NCBI GenBank assembly: GCA_041736805.1
Contig: JBGSSW010000016.1
Location: 66,526-130,525, forward strand
DNA: 64,000 nucleotides
Source: Minisyncoccia bacterium
Lineage (GTDB): Bacteria; Patescibacteriota; Minisyncoccia; Phycocordibacterales; UBA918
Direction of reading: 5' to 3'
The position numbers and the translations under genes are program-made. Positions 48,716-59,640 of the stretch are shown here, piece after piece (within the stretch, counting starts at the first letter, position 1; the number at the start of each line of letters is the position of its first letter). The notes below the pieces were generated by a model. That model searched no databases, was not told where the DNA came from, and saw nothing but the letters and a program-made list of their open reading frames with translations.

Positions 48716-49471
48716 ATGCTTAGTCAAGAAATAGCTTGGTTGTTGAAGGAGAAGTATCAAGGTGAAAAAACCAAAGGTTTTTTTACAGACTGCACTAGAC
48801 TTGAATCTGGTGAACCACTAGCTTACATAATAGGCTCAATTCCCTTTCTTGGAACAACAATTTACCTTAACTCAAAACCCCTAATACCTAGAGTAGAAAC
48901 TGAGTTTTGGATTGAGAAATTAATTTTGTATATTAAGAAAAGAGTTTCAGAGGGACAAAGAAATATTACTTTACTTGATTTGTGTGCTGGTAGTGGCTGT
49001 ATTGGCGTGGCCGTAGCTAACGCCATACCTGAAGTGACAGTGCACTTTGTTGAACTAGAAGAAGAGCACTTAGATACAATTAAAATAAATTGCCTATCCA
49101 ATTCTATTGATGAGAAAAGATTTAAATTGTTTCAAGGTGACCTTTTTTTAGTCGAAAACAAGGCTTTAAAAAAATACGACTACATAGTCTCTAACCCCCC
49201 ATACATCGACCCTAAGTTGAATCGAACTGAAAATTCAGTCCGTAAATTCGAGCCGAGAAATGCCTTGTATGGAGGAATCAACGGCATGGAGCTAATTAGT
49301 AAAATTATACGGCAATCTGCGTCCTACTTGTTAAAAAATGGTGAATTGTGGTTAGAACATGAGCCAGAACAAGCTGTGCTAATTAAAACAGTAGCCTCTA
49401 ATAAATTTTCTACTACCACCAATTTTGATCAATATAACGTGGTTCGTTACTCCCAATTAGTGTTAAAATAA
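48716..49471 (+). CDS. prmC: Release factor glutamine N5-methyltransferase (HemK/PrmC family)
   Basis: LDLCAGSGCIGVA (motif I) and YIVSNPPYI (NPPY). Confidence 0.85.
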   Translation: MLSQEIAWLLKEKYQGEKTKGFFTDCTRLESGEPLAYIIGSIPFLGTTIYLNSKPLIPRVETEFWIEKLILYIKKRVSEGQRNITLLDLCAGSGCIGVAVANAIPEVTVHFVELEEEHLDTIKINCLSNSIDEKRFKLFQGDLFLVENKALKKYDYIVSNPPYIDPKLNRTENSVRKFEPRNALYGGINGMELISKIIRQSASYLLKNGELWLEHEPEQAVLIKTVASNKFSTTTNFDQYNVVRYSQLVLK

Positions 49472-49476
49472 AGTAT

Positions 49477-49707
49477 ATGGACTCAATTTCTAATATTTCG
49501 GCGATGATTAATATTCCCTTTCATGCAATGTCTACTTTAATCTTTTATATCACCACTATCGTTTATATTATATTTTCTATAATTGTTCATTATCACTGGA
49601 ACGAATATAGTGTTGATGAAAAAATTACTAGATTAACGCTAATACTGTATTACTCTACTACTCTGCCTTTGATGATCTTGATGGGAATAATGGTTTTAAT
49701 TATTTAA
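49477..49707 (+). CDS. Small membrane protein (76 aa, 2 TM)
   Basis: ORF track. Hydrophobic. Confidence 0.35.
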   Translation: MDSISNISAMINIPFHAMSTLIFYITTIVYIIFSIIVHYHWNEYSVDEKITRLTLILYYSTTLPLMILMGIMVLII

Positions 49708-49711
49708 TACT

Positions 49712-50278
49712 ATGTTATTCGAAAAAATTGAACTTGAAAATGAAGAACACATAATATCGACTATACGTAAACATTGGTTTATTATTTTTTCAGACTTGTT
49801 TGGCACTTTTACAATGGTCTTGGCACCCATATTTGTCATTTTTTTGTTAGCTGTCTTTCCCCAAATAATCCCAGAATCTTTACACCTACAATCACATCTA
49901 CCTCTAATAGCTTTCGTTATATCAATTTGGCTATTATTTAGTTTGCTGGCTGGTTTTATGGTCTGGACGCATTATTATCTGGACCTTTGGATAGTAACAG
50001 ATCATCGCATTATCGTGATTGATCAAGTTCGTTTTTTTAATCGTAAAGTCAGTAGTTTTAGACTTGAAAGACTGCAAGACACTAAGGTAGTGGTTGACGG
50101 TGTAATTCCAACTTTTCTTAATTTCGGAACCTTGCACGCACACACCGCTGGTACAGGTGAAGAAAATTTCACTATTAATGGCTTGCCAGACCCAAGGGGT
50201 ATTCAGGCGACTATCCAGAAAGCAACCGACGCTAGGCTTAGAAGCTTAAGTAATCCTGCCCAGAATTATAGTAATTAA
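49712..50278 (+). CDS. Membrane protein with a bacterial PH-like (bPH_2/YdbT-like) domain
   Basis: Two TM helices followed by HYYLDLWIVTDHRIIVIDQ...RLERLQD, typical of bPH_2. Confidence 0.5.
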   Translation: MLFEKIELENEEHIISTIRKHWFIIFSDLFGTFTMVLAPIFVIFLLAVFPQIIPESLHLQSHLPLIAFVISIWLLFSLLAGFMVWTHYYLDLWIVTDHRIIVIDQVRFFNRKVSSFRLERLQDTKVVVDGVIPTFLNFGTLHAHTAGTGEENFTINGLPDPRGIQATIQKATDARLRSLSNPAQNYSN

Positions 50279-50318
50279 GCTTGCACTTCAGACACCTCTC
50301 ACCTACAATCATGTAAAT

Positions 50319-51590
50319 ATGGATAAAAAACTCTCAACTGAAGCGTATAAAGGAGTTCGTGATTTTTACCCTGAAGACATGGCAATTCAAAGTTATATTT
50401 TTAACAGTTGGCAAAAAACCGCTGAGCTATTTGGATTTGAACGTTATGAAGCTTCAATTTTAGAACCGGCGGATTTATACAAAAGTAAAGGCACAGCCAA
50501 TGAAGAGATTGTCACTGAACAGACTTATAGCTTTATTGACAGAGGTGAACGTGAAGTGACTTTAAGGCCCGAGATGACGCCAACAGTTGCACGTATGGTG
50601 GCAGGAAGACAAAGAACACTTCGTTTTCCATTACGTTGGTACTCAATTCCCAACTTGTTTAGATATGAAAGACCTCAACGTGGACGCCTACGCGAGCATT
50701 GGCAGTTAAATTGTGACATATTTGGAGCAGATGACTATATAGCTGATGTAGAAATTATTTCTTTAGCTTGTCAAATCTTAATAGATTTTGGTGCCACTCC
50801 CGACATGTTTGAAGTAAAAATTAATAATCGAAGTGATATGTCTACCTACTATGATTCAATTGGTATAAAAGATGTTTCTAAACAAACTAAAATCACTAGA
50901 TTAAACGATAGATTTAGAAAAATATCTTCAGAAGAATATCTTTCGGAACTAGAAAATATTTTGGGAGATAGACAGATAGCAGAAGTAGTCCAGTCTAAAG
51001 TCAGTACTTCAGTAAATCCCGTTGATAACGAAGTCATCAGCGGATTAAAGGCTCTTGGTATTACAAACGTGAAAATTGACTACTCTCTAGCTCGCGGTTT
51101 TGATTACTATACTGATACAATTTTTGAAATTTTTGATATCTCTGGAGAGAATAATCGTTCCCTTCTTGGCGGCGGACGTTATAGTAACTTAACTAGTATG
51201 TTTACAGATAAAAAAATTTCTGGCACCGGTTTCGGTATGGGAGACGTGACTATGAAAGATTTTCTCTTTACTCATAAACTAATTCCCAGTTCAATCCAGA
51301 ATACCACTGCAAAAGTAGTAATTATTCCTACCGATGAAAAATTAAATCTTGAAGCAACTATGGTAGCTCAAGCTATACGTAAACGAGGCATTTCTGTAAG
51401 TACCGATATCGGTACTAAAAAAATAGGTAAAAAAATAGCGGAAGCGGTTGATAGAGGTATCACATACTCGATAGTAGTTGGGACAGATGAGATAAATTCT
51501 AGTAAATTTACCTTGAAAAATCTAGTCCTTTCAACAGAAATTAAAGGTAACATACACGACATACTTACTTACTTAATCGCCAACCAATAA
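50319..51590 (+). CDS. hisS: Histidine--tRNA ligase
   Basis: TLRPEMTPTVARM and FRYERPQRGRLREHWQ (class II motif 2 as in HisRS), and a C-terminal anticodon-binding domain. Confidence 0.9.
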   Translation: MDKKLSTEAYKGVRDFYPEDMAIQSYIFNSWQKTAELFGFERYEASILEPADLYKSKGTANEEIVTEQTYSFIDRGEREVTLRPEMTPTVARMVAGRQRTLRFPLRWYSIPNLFRYERPQRGRLREHWQLNCDIFGADDYIADVEIISLACQILIDFGATPDMFEVKINNRSDMSTYYDSIGIKDVSKQTKITRLNDRFRKISSEEYLSELENILGDRQIAEVVQSKVSTSVNPVDNEVISGLKALGITNVKIDYSLARGFDYYTDTIFEIFDISGENNRSLLGGGRYSNLTSMFTDKKISGTGFGMGDVTMKDFLFTHKLIPSSIQNTTAKVVIIPTDEKLNLEATMVAQAIRKRGISVSTDIGTKKIGKKIAEAVDRGITYSIVVGTDEINSSKFTLKNLVLSTEIKGNIHDILTYLIANQ

Positions 51591-51591
51591 G

Positions 51592-52167
51592 ATGCGCTAT
51601 ATTGTTTTTGACTTAGAAACCCAGAATATTTTCCAAGATGTGGGTAGTACAGACCCCACAGCCTTAGACATTTCTGTCGGTACTTTTTATGACAGCGAAA
51701 CGGAGATTTATACTACTGTTTCGGTTGATGAATTACAGAAAGTTTGGCCCATGCTTGAACAGACAGATGCTTTAGTTGGTTATAATAGTAATCACTTTGA
51801 TATTCCGTTATTGAATAAATACTATCCAGGTGATTTAACAACCATAAAAAGTATCGACTTGCTTGAAGAAATTAGAAAATCACTTGGCCGGAGACTGCGC
51901 CTAGATAGCGTAGCCGAAGCTACTGTTGGTGCCAAAAAATCTGCTAATGGACTTCAAGCAGTTCGTTGGTGGAGGGAAGGAAAAATTGCTGAGATAAAAA
52001 AATACTGTGAGCAGGACGTTAGGGTCACAAAAAAAATCTTTGACTACGCCTTAAAGAATGGACACATAAAATTTAAAGATGGTTCAAGAAAAAGAGAGGT
52101 TCCACTTGATACTAGTACTTGGCTAATAAAAGAAGACGGGGCAATGACTCACTCTTTACTCTTCTAA
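51592..52167 (+). CDS. DEDD-family 3'-5' exonuclease (RNase H-like fold)
   Basis: IVFDLETQN (Exo I), YNSNHFDIPLL (Exo II-like) and KYCEQDVRVT (Exo III YxxxD). Confidence 0.5.
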   Translation: MRYIVFDLETQNIFQDVGSTDPTALDISVGTFYDSETEIYTTVSVDELQKVWPMLEQTDALVGYNSNHFDIPLLNKYYPGDLTTIKSIDLLEEIRKSLGRRLRLDSVAEATVGAKKSANGLQAVRWWREGKIAEIKKYCEQDVRVTKKIFDYALKNGHIKFKDGSRKREVPLDTSTWLIKEDGAMTHSLLF

Positions 52168-52177
52168 TCTTTATAAT

Positions 52178-52987
52178 TTAGACGTAAACAGCCACATACC
52201 CAACTACCATAGATAAAATAATGCTGTACCAAATAAAAGGCCAAAGTGTATATCTTCGGATAAATTCAATGAAGAAATGCAACACTATCAAAGCTGTTAC
52301 AAAGCTAGTGCAAGCACCGATAGTTACCGGTAACCAGGCTACGCTGCCACCGTCAACAATTAGTTTTAAAAGCATTTTTATACCGACAGCTAAAGTAATT
52401 GGTATAGCCAACAAAAATGAAAACTTGGCTGACTCAAGCCTGGTCATTCCTAATAACATTCCTCCCGCTAGAGTTGAACCGGAACGAGAAAAACCCGGTA
52501 ATAAGGCTAAGGCCTGAAAGCAGCCTACCAAAAAACCTTTTCTAATAGTCAATGCTCCTTGTGGGGGGTTTTTATAATATCTCCACTCTGCATACATAAA
52601 GAAAATTGCCGCAAGGAACAACATTGTTCCGACTATTTTTATGGACTGGAAATGTTCATTCATTATCGATTCAAACAACAGGCCAATTATTACAGCTGGA
52701 ACTGTTCCAATTAACAATGCGTAGAGGAGGGTTTGGTCTTTGGTATTAATTGGCAGGCGTCCCAATTTTCTAATCGCAGTTTGAATTAGTACCAAAATAT
52801 CACTCCAAAAGTAAATTATAACAGCTAGCGTGGTAGCCAGGTGGAGAACGCCATCAAAAGCGAGGGTATTAACCTCATCAATTTTGATAAATTCCTGAAC
52901 TAAGACCAAATGACCACTTGATGAAATTGGTAAGAATTCTGTTATACCTTGAACAATACCAAGAATTAGAGCGTCAAAAATATCCAT
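52178..52987 (-). CDS. uppP: Undecaprenyl-diphosphatase (UppP/BacA)
   Basis: GITEFLPISSSGHLVL and LPGFSRSGSTLAGGMLLG (SRSGxT motif), 8 TM. Confidence 0.85.
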   Translation of the reverse strand: MDIFDALILGIVQGITEFLPISSSGHLVLVQEFIKIDEVNTLAFDGVLHLATTLAVIIYFWSDILVLIQTAIRKLGRLPINTKDQTLLYALLIGTVPAVIIGLLFESIMNEHFQSIKIVGTMLFLAAIFFMYAEWRYYKNPPQGALTIRKGFLVGCFQALALLPGFSRSGSTLAGGMLLGMTRLESAKFSFLLAIPITLAVGIKMLLKLIVDGGSVAWLPVTIGACTSFVTALIVLHFFIEFIRRYTLWPFIWYSIILSMVVGYVAVYV

Positions 52988-53056
52988 ATGGTGAATATTA
53001 TATCACTACACAATATTGAACATGCTATAATTTATACATATTAATCAAATTACAAT

Positions 53057-53809
53057 ATGGAACCATCAACAAATAACTCTTCTTCGATTGCCATTCCTGC
53101 CGCAATCATTTTTGGCTTCGCTCTTATTGCTGTTGCAATATATTATACCGGTACTGGTAGTAGTCTCTCTCCAACAAATGAATCAGTGACTACTATCTCT
53201 AAAGAAGCAAACACCATTCGCCCAGTTGATGAAACTGATTACATCCGAGGTAATCCAAACGCTCCAATTTTAATTGTGGAGTACTCAGATTATGACTGCC
53301 CTTTCTGTAAAACTTTTCACACAACAATGAATCAAATTATGAACGAATACGCTGTGGACGGTAAAATTGCTTGGGTTTACCGTCAATATCCAATTCCTGA
53401 GTTACACCCTAATGCCCCGCGTATCTCTGAGTCGGCACTTTGTGTTGGTGATTTAGGTGGAAATGACGCTTTTTGGAAATTTACTGACCAGGTCTTTGAA
53501 GAACGCAGACTCGAAGAAGGAACTAATATTAGTAAAATACCTGACTATGCTAAAGAAGCTGGCGTAGATGAGGCTGCTTTCAAGAATTGTTTGGAGACAG
53601 GCAAAATGAGGGACGTTCTAGCGGCTAGTCTTAAAGATGGTGCACAAGCAAAAATAGAAGGCACGCCCAATTCTTTCGTTATAATCGGTAATCAGAGAGC
53701 TCCAATTGAAGGTGCTCAACCTTATGATGTGATTAAACAAATAGTTGAAAATCTTCTTGGTCAACTAGAAGGATCTGGTCCAACTGCTTCCACTACACCC
53801 CAGGTTTAA
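53057..53809 (+). CDS. Membrane-anchored thioredoxin-fold thiol:disulfide oxidoreductase (DsbA-like)
   Basis: N-terminal TM helix and YSDYDCPFCKTFH (CxxC active site). Confidence 0.7.
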   Translation: MEPSTNNSSSIAIPAAIIFGFALIAVAIYYTGTGSSLSPTNESVTTISKEANTIRPVDETDYIRGNPNAPILIVEYSDYDCPFCKTFHTTMNQIMNEYAVDGKIAWVYRQYPIPELHPNAPRISESALCVGDLGGNDAFWKFTDQVFEERRLEEGTNISKIPDYAKEAGVDEAAFKNCLETGKMRDVLAASLKDGAQAKIEGTPNSFVIIGNQRAPIEGAQPYDVIKQIVENLLGQLEGSGPTASTTPQV

Positions 53810-53859
53810 TTTGTACCACCAAAATAAAATACTTAGCTATTTTTACTCGGCTAAGTATT

Positions 53860-56859
53860 TTATTTATTTAAAAGTTCAACTAAATGGCAGAAACTGCAAT
53901 TTTCGCTGTCACAAACTGTTTGTAAACAATCTCCTGAAACTATTTGCTGAGTAGCTTCAATTATTTCAGATTTCAGATTGGAAATTTCTTCCTTGGTTAT
54001 ATTAAATACTTCTTCATGTATATTGCCCTTACTATCAGGCTCAACAAATGAAAGGACTCCGTTTGTACACCGAAACTTTTCATCTGGTTGAAGCGAAAGG
54101 AGTAGAGCATAAAAAACTAACTGTCTTTTATAATTACCTTGACTATTTTTTGTAGTTCCTTCAATCTCTCCACGCGTCTTTGTTTTACCTGTCTTGTAGT
54201 CAACAACTTTTACAACCCTTCCCTGTTCGTCATAGTCAAGTCGATCAAAATTACCAGTCAAAAGTACTTCCGGAAAATCCTCAATCCCGGTTTTCAACAA
54301 TGCTTTAATTGAATACTCTGTCCTCATTGTAGTTGTCAGTGATTTTTGCAAAACTGGTAAATAAGCCAGTACTGCCTTTAACCCCCTTTCATGTTGTCTA
54401 GTAAATTCTTCAAGTGTAACTGAATTTACACTCAAAATATTTTTTAACCAATCGTTAATTGCTGTCTCTTTTGGCATTTTACCCTCTTCATTAAAGTGAC
54501 GAATGATTTTTTCTAAAACCGCATGAACAGAACTACCAAACTGTAATTCGGGAGTCTTAATAGTTGGAATTCTAAGAGCATTCTTGTAAATATACTCCCA
54601 AGGGCTTTTACTGTAATTGTTGAAAGAAGTTGCTGACCAACCCCGTTTTGACAAAGACAACCGCAGAAAATCCGTATCCAAAGATGGAGCGCAGACTTTT
54701 TTTATACTATCTAAAGGCCTAAAATTATCTTCAAAATTAGTAGTTGATTCTTCGGTAATCTTATTTCCCTCAAGAGCAACTAAGAAGCGGGATAAGACCA
54801 ATTCTCTACCGTCGTTATTTTGGTTTGAAAATGAAAATTGTAAAACTCTTTTTGCCCTAGTCATTGAAACGTAAAAAAGTCTTCTTTCATCATCTTCGAT
54901 TAAAGACTTACTATCGGCAGTGTGTTTTACTACCGGTAATTTAAATAAGTTTGGTCTTTGGTTTGCTCCCCAAACGTTATCGGTTAAGTGCGGAATTATG
55001 ACTACCTCAAATTCTAAACCCTTTGACTTGTGAGCCGTCATGACATTTACAGCTTTAGCAGTTGTACCCACATAGGGAGCCAGTAAAGGTATTTTGTATT
55101 TTTGGCAGGTGTCTAGGTACTTTAAAAATGAGGTTAGATTTTTTATTTCACCTTTTATAAACATTGATTCCAATTCATCATACAGTCTTCTAATTATCCT
55201 AATTGACTCAAATGTATCCTGCTTTATTACATAATCTATAAAGCCACTTTCCCGTAAAAGATATTCTGTTACTTCGGCCGGATTTTTAGTTATTTGATAT
55301 TGACGTGCCATCTTTAACAAGTTGATAAACTTATTAAAGGCAAACACTTCCTTGATTCCAATTTCAGATAATCTTGCTTCACTTTCTATTAGGTCAAAAA
55401 GTCTAGTGCCGATATTGCGAGCAGATAAAAAGGTTACTAAATCTGGCGTAGGGATACCTAAATAAGGGGCGTGGAGAAGCTCAGCTAAAGCTTGTTCGTT
55501 TTTCGGTTCAATAACTACCTTTATTAAATTAATAATCTGTAAAGTTATCGGGTGTTCCAAAACATCTCCATCAGCCGAAGGAAGGGTTGGGATGTTTTCT
55601 TTGCGTAACAACTTACTAAATTTCTCTACCTCGCGGTTTGTCCGCACAATAATAGCCATTTCATCATATGGAACTCCAGATTTTTGGTGATTCACTATTT
55701 GTTGAACTACCCACGAATCTTCGATTGCACTGTGGGAGAAATTTTGTTGGGAAACAATAACAGATAATTTTTGTTCCGCCTGTAGTGGAACTCGTAAATC
55801 TTTCAAGAGTGGGTCATCGGTAGCAATACTATTGTGAGCAACATCTAGGATTTTTTGATCGGAACGATAATTGCTAGTTAGTGTGATTATCTTTGCTCCT
55901 TTATAGATATCACTAAAATAGAGAAAGTTATCTAACGAAGCGCCTTGAAAACGGTAAATAGCCTGTTTTTCGTCTCCGACTACAAAGATATTGGGTTTAT
56001 CGTGGTAAGAGGCTATAAGCTCCATCAAACGATTCTGACTCTGATTTACATCTTGATGTTCATCAGCCAGAATATATAAATACTGCTCTTGCACATCAAA
56101 CAACATTTCTTGGTTATTTTCTAAGGCCTCAATTGTGTCAAGGATCATATCTTCAAAATCAAACAGTCGGCCTTGATGTAGCTGATTAATGTAAAGTTGA
56201 TAAATATTCAATAATTCCTTATTACGCTCGAGGAATTTCTCTGCTTCCAAATATTCCCCTCTGACCTTTCCTTTGTGAGCGCCTTTTTCGTGAATCTTTT
56301 CTATTTGTTCCAAATCTCTTTCCTGTTGATTTATAAAAGTTGCAAATTTATCTGGAGAAATATTCTCCTTTTTCATGGTAGCAATAGCGTCAAGAATCGG
56401 TTTTACATAGTAGGAATGATCACCGTGTGGTCTTAGACGTCTATAGCTGCCTGCTTCCAACAACTCTTCAATTAAAGTAATTTTCTCTAAATCAGAAGCT
56501 GGCCTACCACCAACTATGTTTTTATAAGAATCAGGATACTTTCTAATCAGTTCCCCAGCAAAACTATGGAAGGTATGTATAGGGACACGGTAGGCTTCAA
56601 CGCCAATAAAAGCAGCCAACCTACTCCGCATTGCCTTTACACCAGATTCAGTAAAAGTTAAGGCGAGGACTTGTTCCGGACGAGTATCTGTTCTTTTTAA
56701 GATATTAGCTATCCGCAAAGTTAAAATTTGTGTTTTACCGGTTCCGGGACCAGCAATAACCATTACCGGGCCTTCAATATTATCCACTGCTTCAAGCTGA
56801 GCTGGGTTTAGCTTAGATAAAGCCTGGTCAAAAACACTAATTTCTTTAACCTTTTTCAT
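53860..56859 (-). CDS. UvrD/PcrA-type SF1 helicase fused to a C-terminal PD-(D/E)xK nuclease domain with a Cys cluster (AddA/RecB-like helicase-nuclease)
   Basis: IAGPGTGKTQIL (Walker A) and helicase motifs. The C-terminus has a RecB-like nuclease segment (VDYKTGK) and SGDCLQTVCDSENCSFCH. Confidence 0.8.
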   Translation of the reverse strand: MKKVKEISVFDQALSKLNPAQLEAVDNIEGPVMVIAGPGTGKTQILTLRIANILKRTDTRPEQVLALTFTESGVKAMRSRLAAFIGVEAYRVPIHTFHSFAGELIRKYPDSYKNIVGGRPASDLEKITLIEELLEAGSYRRLRPHGDHSYYVKPILDAIATMKKENISPDKFATFINQQERDLEQIEKIHEKGAHKGKVRGEYLEAEKFLERNKELLNIYQLYINQLHQGRLFDFEDMILDTIEALENNQEMLFDVQEQYLYILADEHQDVNQSQNRLMELIASYHDKPNIFVVGDEKQAIYRFQGASLDNFLYFSDIYKGAKIITLTSNYRSDQKILDVAHNSIATDDPLLKDLRVPLQAEQKLSVIVSQQNFSHSAIEDSWVVQQIVNHQKSGVPYDEMAIIVRTNREVEKFSKLLRKENIPTLPSADGDVLEHPITLQIINLIKVVIEPKNEQALAELLHAPYLGIPTPDLVTFLSARNIGTRLFDLIESEARLSEIGIKEVFAFNKFINLLKMARQYQITKNPAEVTEYLLRESGFIDYVIKQDTFESIRIIRRLYDELESMFIKGEIKNLTSFLKYLDTCQKYKIPLLAPYVGTTAKAVNVMTAHKSKGLEFEVVIIPHLTDNVWGANQRPNLFKLPVVKHTADSKSLIEDDERRLFYVSMTRAKRVLQFSFSNQNNDGRELVLSRFLVALEGNKITEESTTNFEDNFRPLDSIKKVCAPSLDTDFLRLSLSKRGWSATSFNNYSKSPWEYIYKNALRIPTIKTPELQFGSSVHAVLEKIIRHFNEEGKMPKETAINDWLKNILSVNSVTLEEFTRQHERGLKAVLAYLPVLQKSLTTTMRTEYSIKALLKTGIEDFPEVLLTGNFDRLDYDEQGRVVKVVDYKTGKTKTRGEIEGTTKNSQGNYKRQLVFYALLLSLQPDEKFRCTNGVLSFVEPDSKGNIHEEVFNITKEEISNLKSEIIEATQQIVSGDCLQTVCDSENCSFCHLVELLNK

Positions 56860-56947
56860 TAATTTTCAGTATACATGTTATACACTTGCTAGTCAGCCTA
56901 AGTGAGAGTATAGTAGCAAACTAACACTTTAAAAAGGTTGTCTACTT

Positions 56948-59029
56948 ATGCTTACTGCAAACGCTACTCTAGCCATTTTTACCATGCTTGGCATCTCAAG
57001 TTTGGCCGTTTTTTGGGCTAGACGTGTAAAACTACCCCATACTGTTTTTCTGGTTATTATTGGTCTAATTTTGGGCTTATTGGCTCAAATTCCCGCTTTC
57101 CATTTCTTTAGCGAATTCACCCTTACACCACAACTATTGTTTTACCTGCTTTTACCAACTCTTATATTTGAATCCGCCTACAATATAAATGCCCGCAGAA
57201 TCGTTGAGGATGCACCGATAGTCTTAGTTCTTTCTATCCTAGGCTTAGTTTTGTCCACTCTTGTCATCGGTGGAGCCATGTATTTCCTCTTAACTTTTCT
57301 TGGCTTTAATGTACCTTTTATTCTGACCTTGTTATTTGGTGCCCTAATATCTGCCACTGACCCAGTGGCAGTTTTAGCTTTATTCAAGGAATATGGTGCT
57401 CCTCGACGTCTTTCATTAATTTTTGAGGGCGAAAGTCTATTCAATGACGCCACAGCTGTGGCACTTTTTATTGTCTTACTCGAAATCGCTAGATTTGGTT
57501 TCCATGGTTATGAGACAGTTATTGAAGGTCTAATTAGTTTCACCTCAATGCTAGTCGGAGGAGTTATTTTCGGAGTAGTGATAGGCGCTATCTTCGCTAA
57601 GTTAGTTGGTATCTGTCGAGAGAACGAAGTAGCCAGCATAACTCTAACCATAGTATTGGCTCATGTAACCTTTATTTTGTCTGAAATAATTTCAGGACTT
57701 TCTTTTTTTGACGAACATAACTTACATCTATCCCCGATTATTGCTACTACAATTTCAGCCTTGCTGATGGGTAACTACGGAAGAAGTAAAATTCATCCTC
57801 GAGCTGAGGAATTCGTTAAAAAACTTTGGGCTCAACTTGCCTTCATGTCCAACTCTCTAATATTCATCTTAATTGGTATTTTGTTTGTAAATGTTCCGAA
57901 ATTAAATGCCTTAATGATAGGCGTAGTAGTTGCTACAATATTGATTGTTGCTATTGCCAGAGCTATATCTATCTACCCTTTAGTTGGACTATTTAACTTA
58001 TTCTCAAGTGATTCGAAAAAAATTCCGACTGCTTGGCAACACTTATTGTCTTGGGGATCACTTCGTGGTGCCTTAGCGGTAACAATGGTGTTGCTTATTC
58101 CTGATGATTTAACTTTTGCGGGTTGGAATATCACTACTTCCCCAAAAGAATTCCTGCTAGCAATAACTGTAGGCTGCATCTTTGCCACCTTATTTATTAA
58201 AGCCACTACTATCCAAGGCTTTATGAAGCGTTTAAAATTAGACGCTTTGACTGAAATAGAAAAGGTGGAAGCTCAAGAAGCTCGAGCTTTCATTCATCAC
58301 GAGGTAAAAGACAGAATGAAGCGCTATGAAAAAAGAGGTTATATTGATAGTAGCATTGCTGATAAATTAGCAATTATTCACAACAAAAAATATGAAGATG
58401 CTTGCCAATCACTTGCAAACTTAGATACTAAAGACCTCTCACTTAGAGTTCTGCGTATTTTTGCCATCGGTATTGAAAAAAGACATTTAAAAGAACTTTA
58501 CCACCATCAAGAAGTTAACGAGACTGTTTATAGAAAACTTATAGGTAAACTGCAACTTCAACTAGAAGCAATAGAAATTGGAAACCTTGAATCGAACATG
58601 TCTATCCATAGTGATGGAAAGGATGTGTTTGAATTGTTGGCGAATAAATTTAAACTGATATTCCGGGACCTTACTGAAACGGAAAAGACTGAAAATTTAT
58701 ATATGTACTACCGTGCCCAAACAATTATCTCACGTAAGGTGTTGAAAGAACTTGCCGCCATTGATAAATCTAGCGCTGAACATATCTTTACTAGCGAGGC
58801 CTTGAATCACGTATTAACACTTTATACCAGCTTTAAGGACCAGTCGCAAAAGAAAATGAATGACTTAGCTGAACTTCACCCTGAATTATTAAATGATTTA
58901 TCATTCAAACTTGCTACTTGCGCAGTACATAAAATTGAAGAAGTCGTGCTTGATGAACTTTTTGAACGCCAACTAATTACACCAAAACTATATATTGCCC
59001 TGAAAGAAGAGGATGCTCAGTCAATTTAG
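56948..59029 (+). CDS. Monovalent cation:proton antiporter (CPA1/NhaP-type) with a long C-terminal cytoplasmic domain
   Basis: About 12 TM helices including the ATDPVAV motif (the conserved TDP of CPA1), followed by a ~270-aa soluble tail. Confidence 0.75.
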   Translation: MLTANATLAIFTMLGISSLAVFWARRVKLPHTVFLVIIGLILGLLAQIPAFHFFSEFTLTPQLLFYLLLPTLIFESAYNINARRIVEDAPIVLVLSILGLVLSTLVIGGAMYFLLTFLGFNVPFILTLLFGALISATDPVAVLALFKEYGAPRRLSLIFEGESLFNDATAVALFIVLLEIARFGFHGYETVIEGLISFTSMLVGGVIFGVVIGAIFAKLVGICRENEVASITLTIVLAHVTFILSEIISGLSFFDEHNLHLSPIIATTISALLMGNYGRSKIHPRAEEFVKKLWAQLAFMSNSLIFILIGILFVNVPKLNALMIGVVVATILIVAIARAISIYPLVGLFNLFSSDSKKIPTAWQHLLSWGSLRGALAVTMVLLIPDDLTFAGWNITTSPKEFLLAITVGCIFATLFIKATTIQGFMKRLKLDALTEIEKVEAQEARAFIHHEVKDRMKRYEKRGYIDSSIADKLAIIHNKKYEDACQSLANLDTKDLSLRVLRIFAIGIEKRHLKELYHHQEVNETVYRKLIGKLQLQLEAIEIGNLESNMSIHSDGKDVFELLANKFKLIFRDLTETEKTENLYMYYRAQTIISRKVLKELAAIDKSSAEHIFTSEALNHVLTLYTSFKDQSQKKMNDLAELHPELLNDLSFKLATCAVHKIEEVVLDELFERQLITPKLYIALKEEDAQSI

Positions 59030-59114
59030 CTGAATTTTGACCTGCAGACTTATTTATTTCATTATGCAATAAATAGTCTATACAAATAAAAATTGAGGAG
59101 TATTATAAATATTA

Positions 59115-59573
59115 ATGGAAGTTATAGACATTACAAAACCAGCCATTACTATCCACGAAAATACTACTTTCGAAGATACAATTAAAACTATGGTTGAAAA
59201 GCAGACAAATTCACTTTTAGTGGTTAATGACCAAGGTTTGTTGGTTGGTGAAATTGGTATGTCTGATGTGTTAGATGCTATTGTTCCAGAATACATGGAC
59301 GGCGATAGTATTGCTGCCCACTTTGCTAGCACAGATATGTTCACCGATGCTGTAGCAGACGCCAGACTGACTTTAGTAAAAGATTTCATGTCACTAAATA
59401 TAAGTCCCATTGAGACTACAGATAGTCTTATGGCCGTAGCGGCCTTAGCCATAGCCAACAACCGCACCCATATTCCGGTTGTAGATAACGAAGGCAAGCC
59501 AGTTGGTGTTATATCAAGGAGAGGAGTAAAACACATTATTGCCCACGCTCTAAATATCGCTGACAGCGAATAA
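59115..59573 (+). CDS. CBS-domain pair protein
   Basis: Two CBS repeats (TMVEKQTNSLLVVNDQGLLVGEI... and IANNRTHIPVVDNEGKPVGVISRRGV). Confidence 0.7.
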   Translation: MEVIDITKPAITIHENTTFEDTIKTMVEKQTNSLLVVNDQGLLVGEIGMSDVLDAIVPEYMDGDSIAAHFASTDMFTDAVADARLTLVKDFMSLNISPIETTDSLMAVAALAIANNRTHIPVVDNEGKPVGVISRRGVKHIIAHALNIADSE

Positions 59574-59640
59574 ATTGATCCTTAAAAAAGTACAATCAAA
59601 TGTACTTTTTTTAGTTTTTAACATTTTATAAATACCTATT

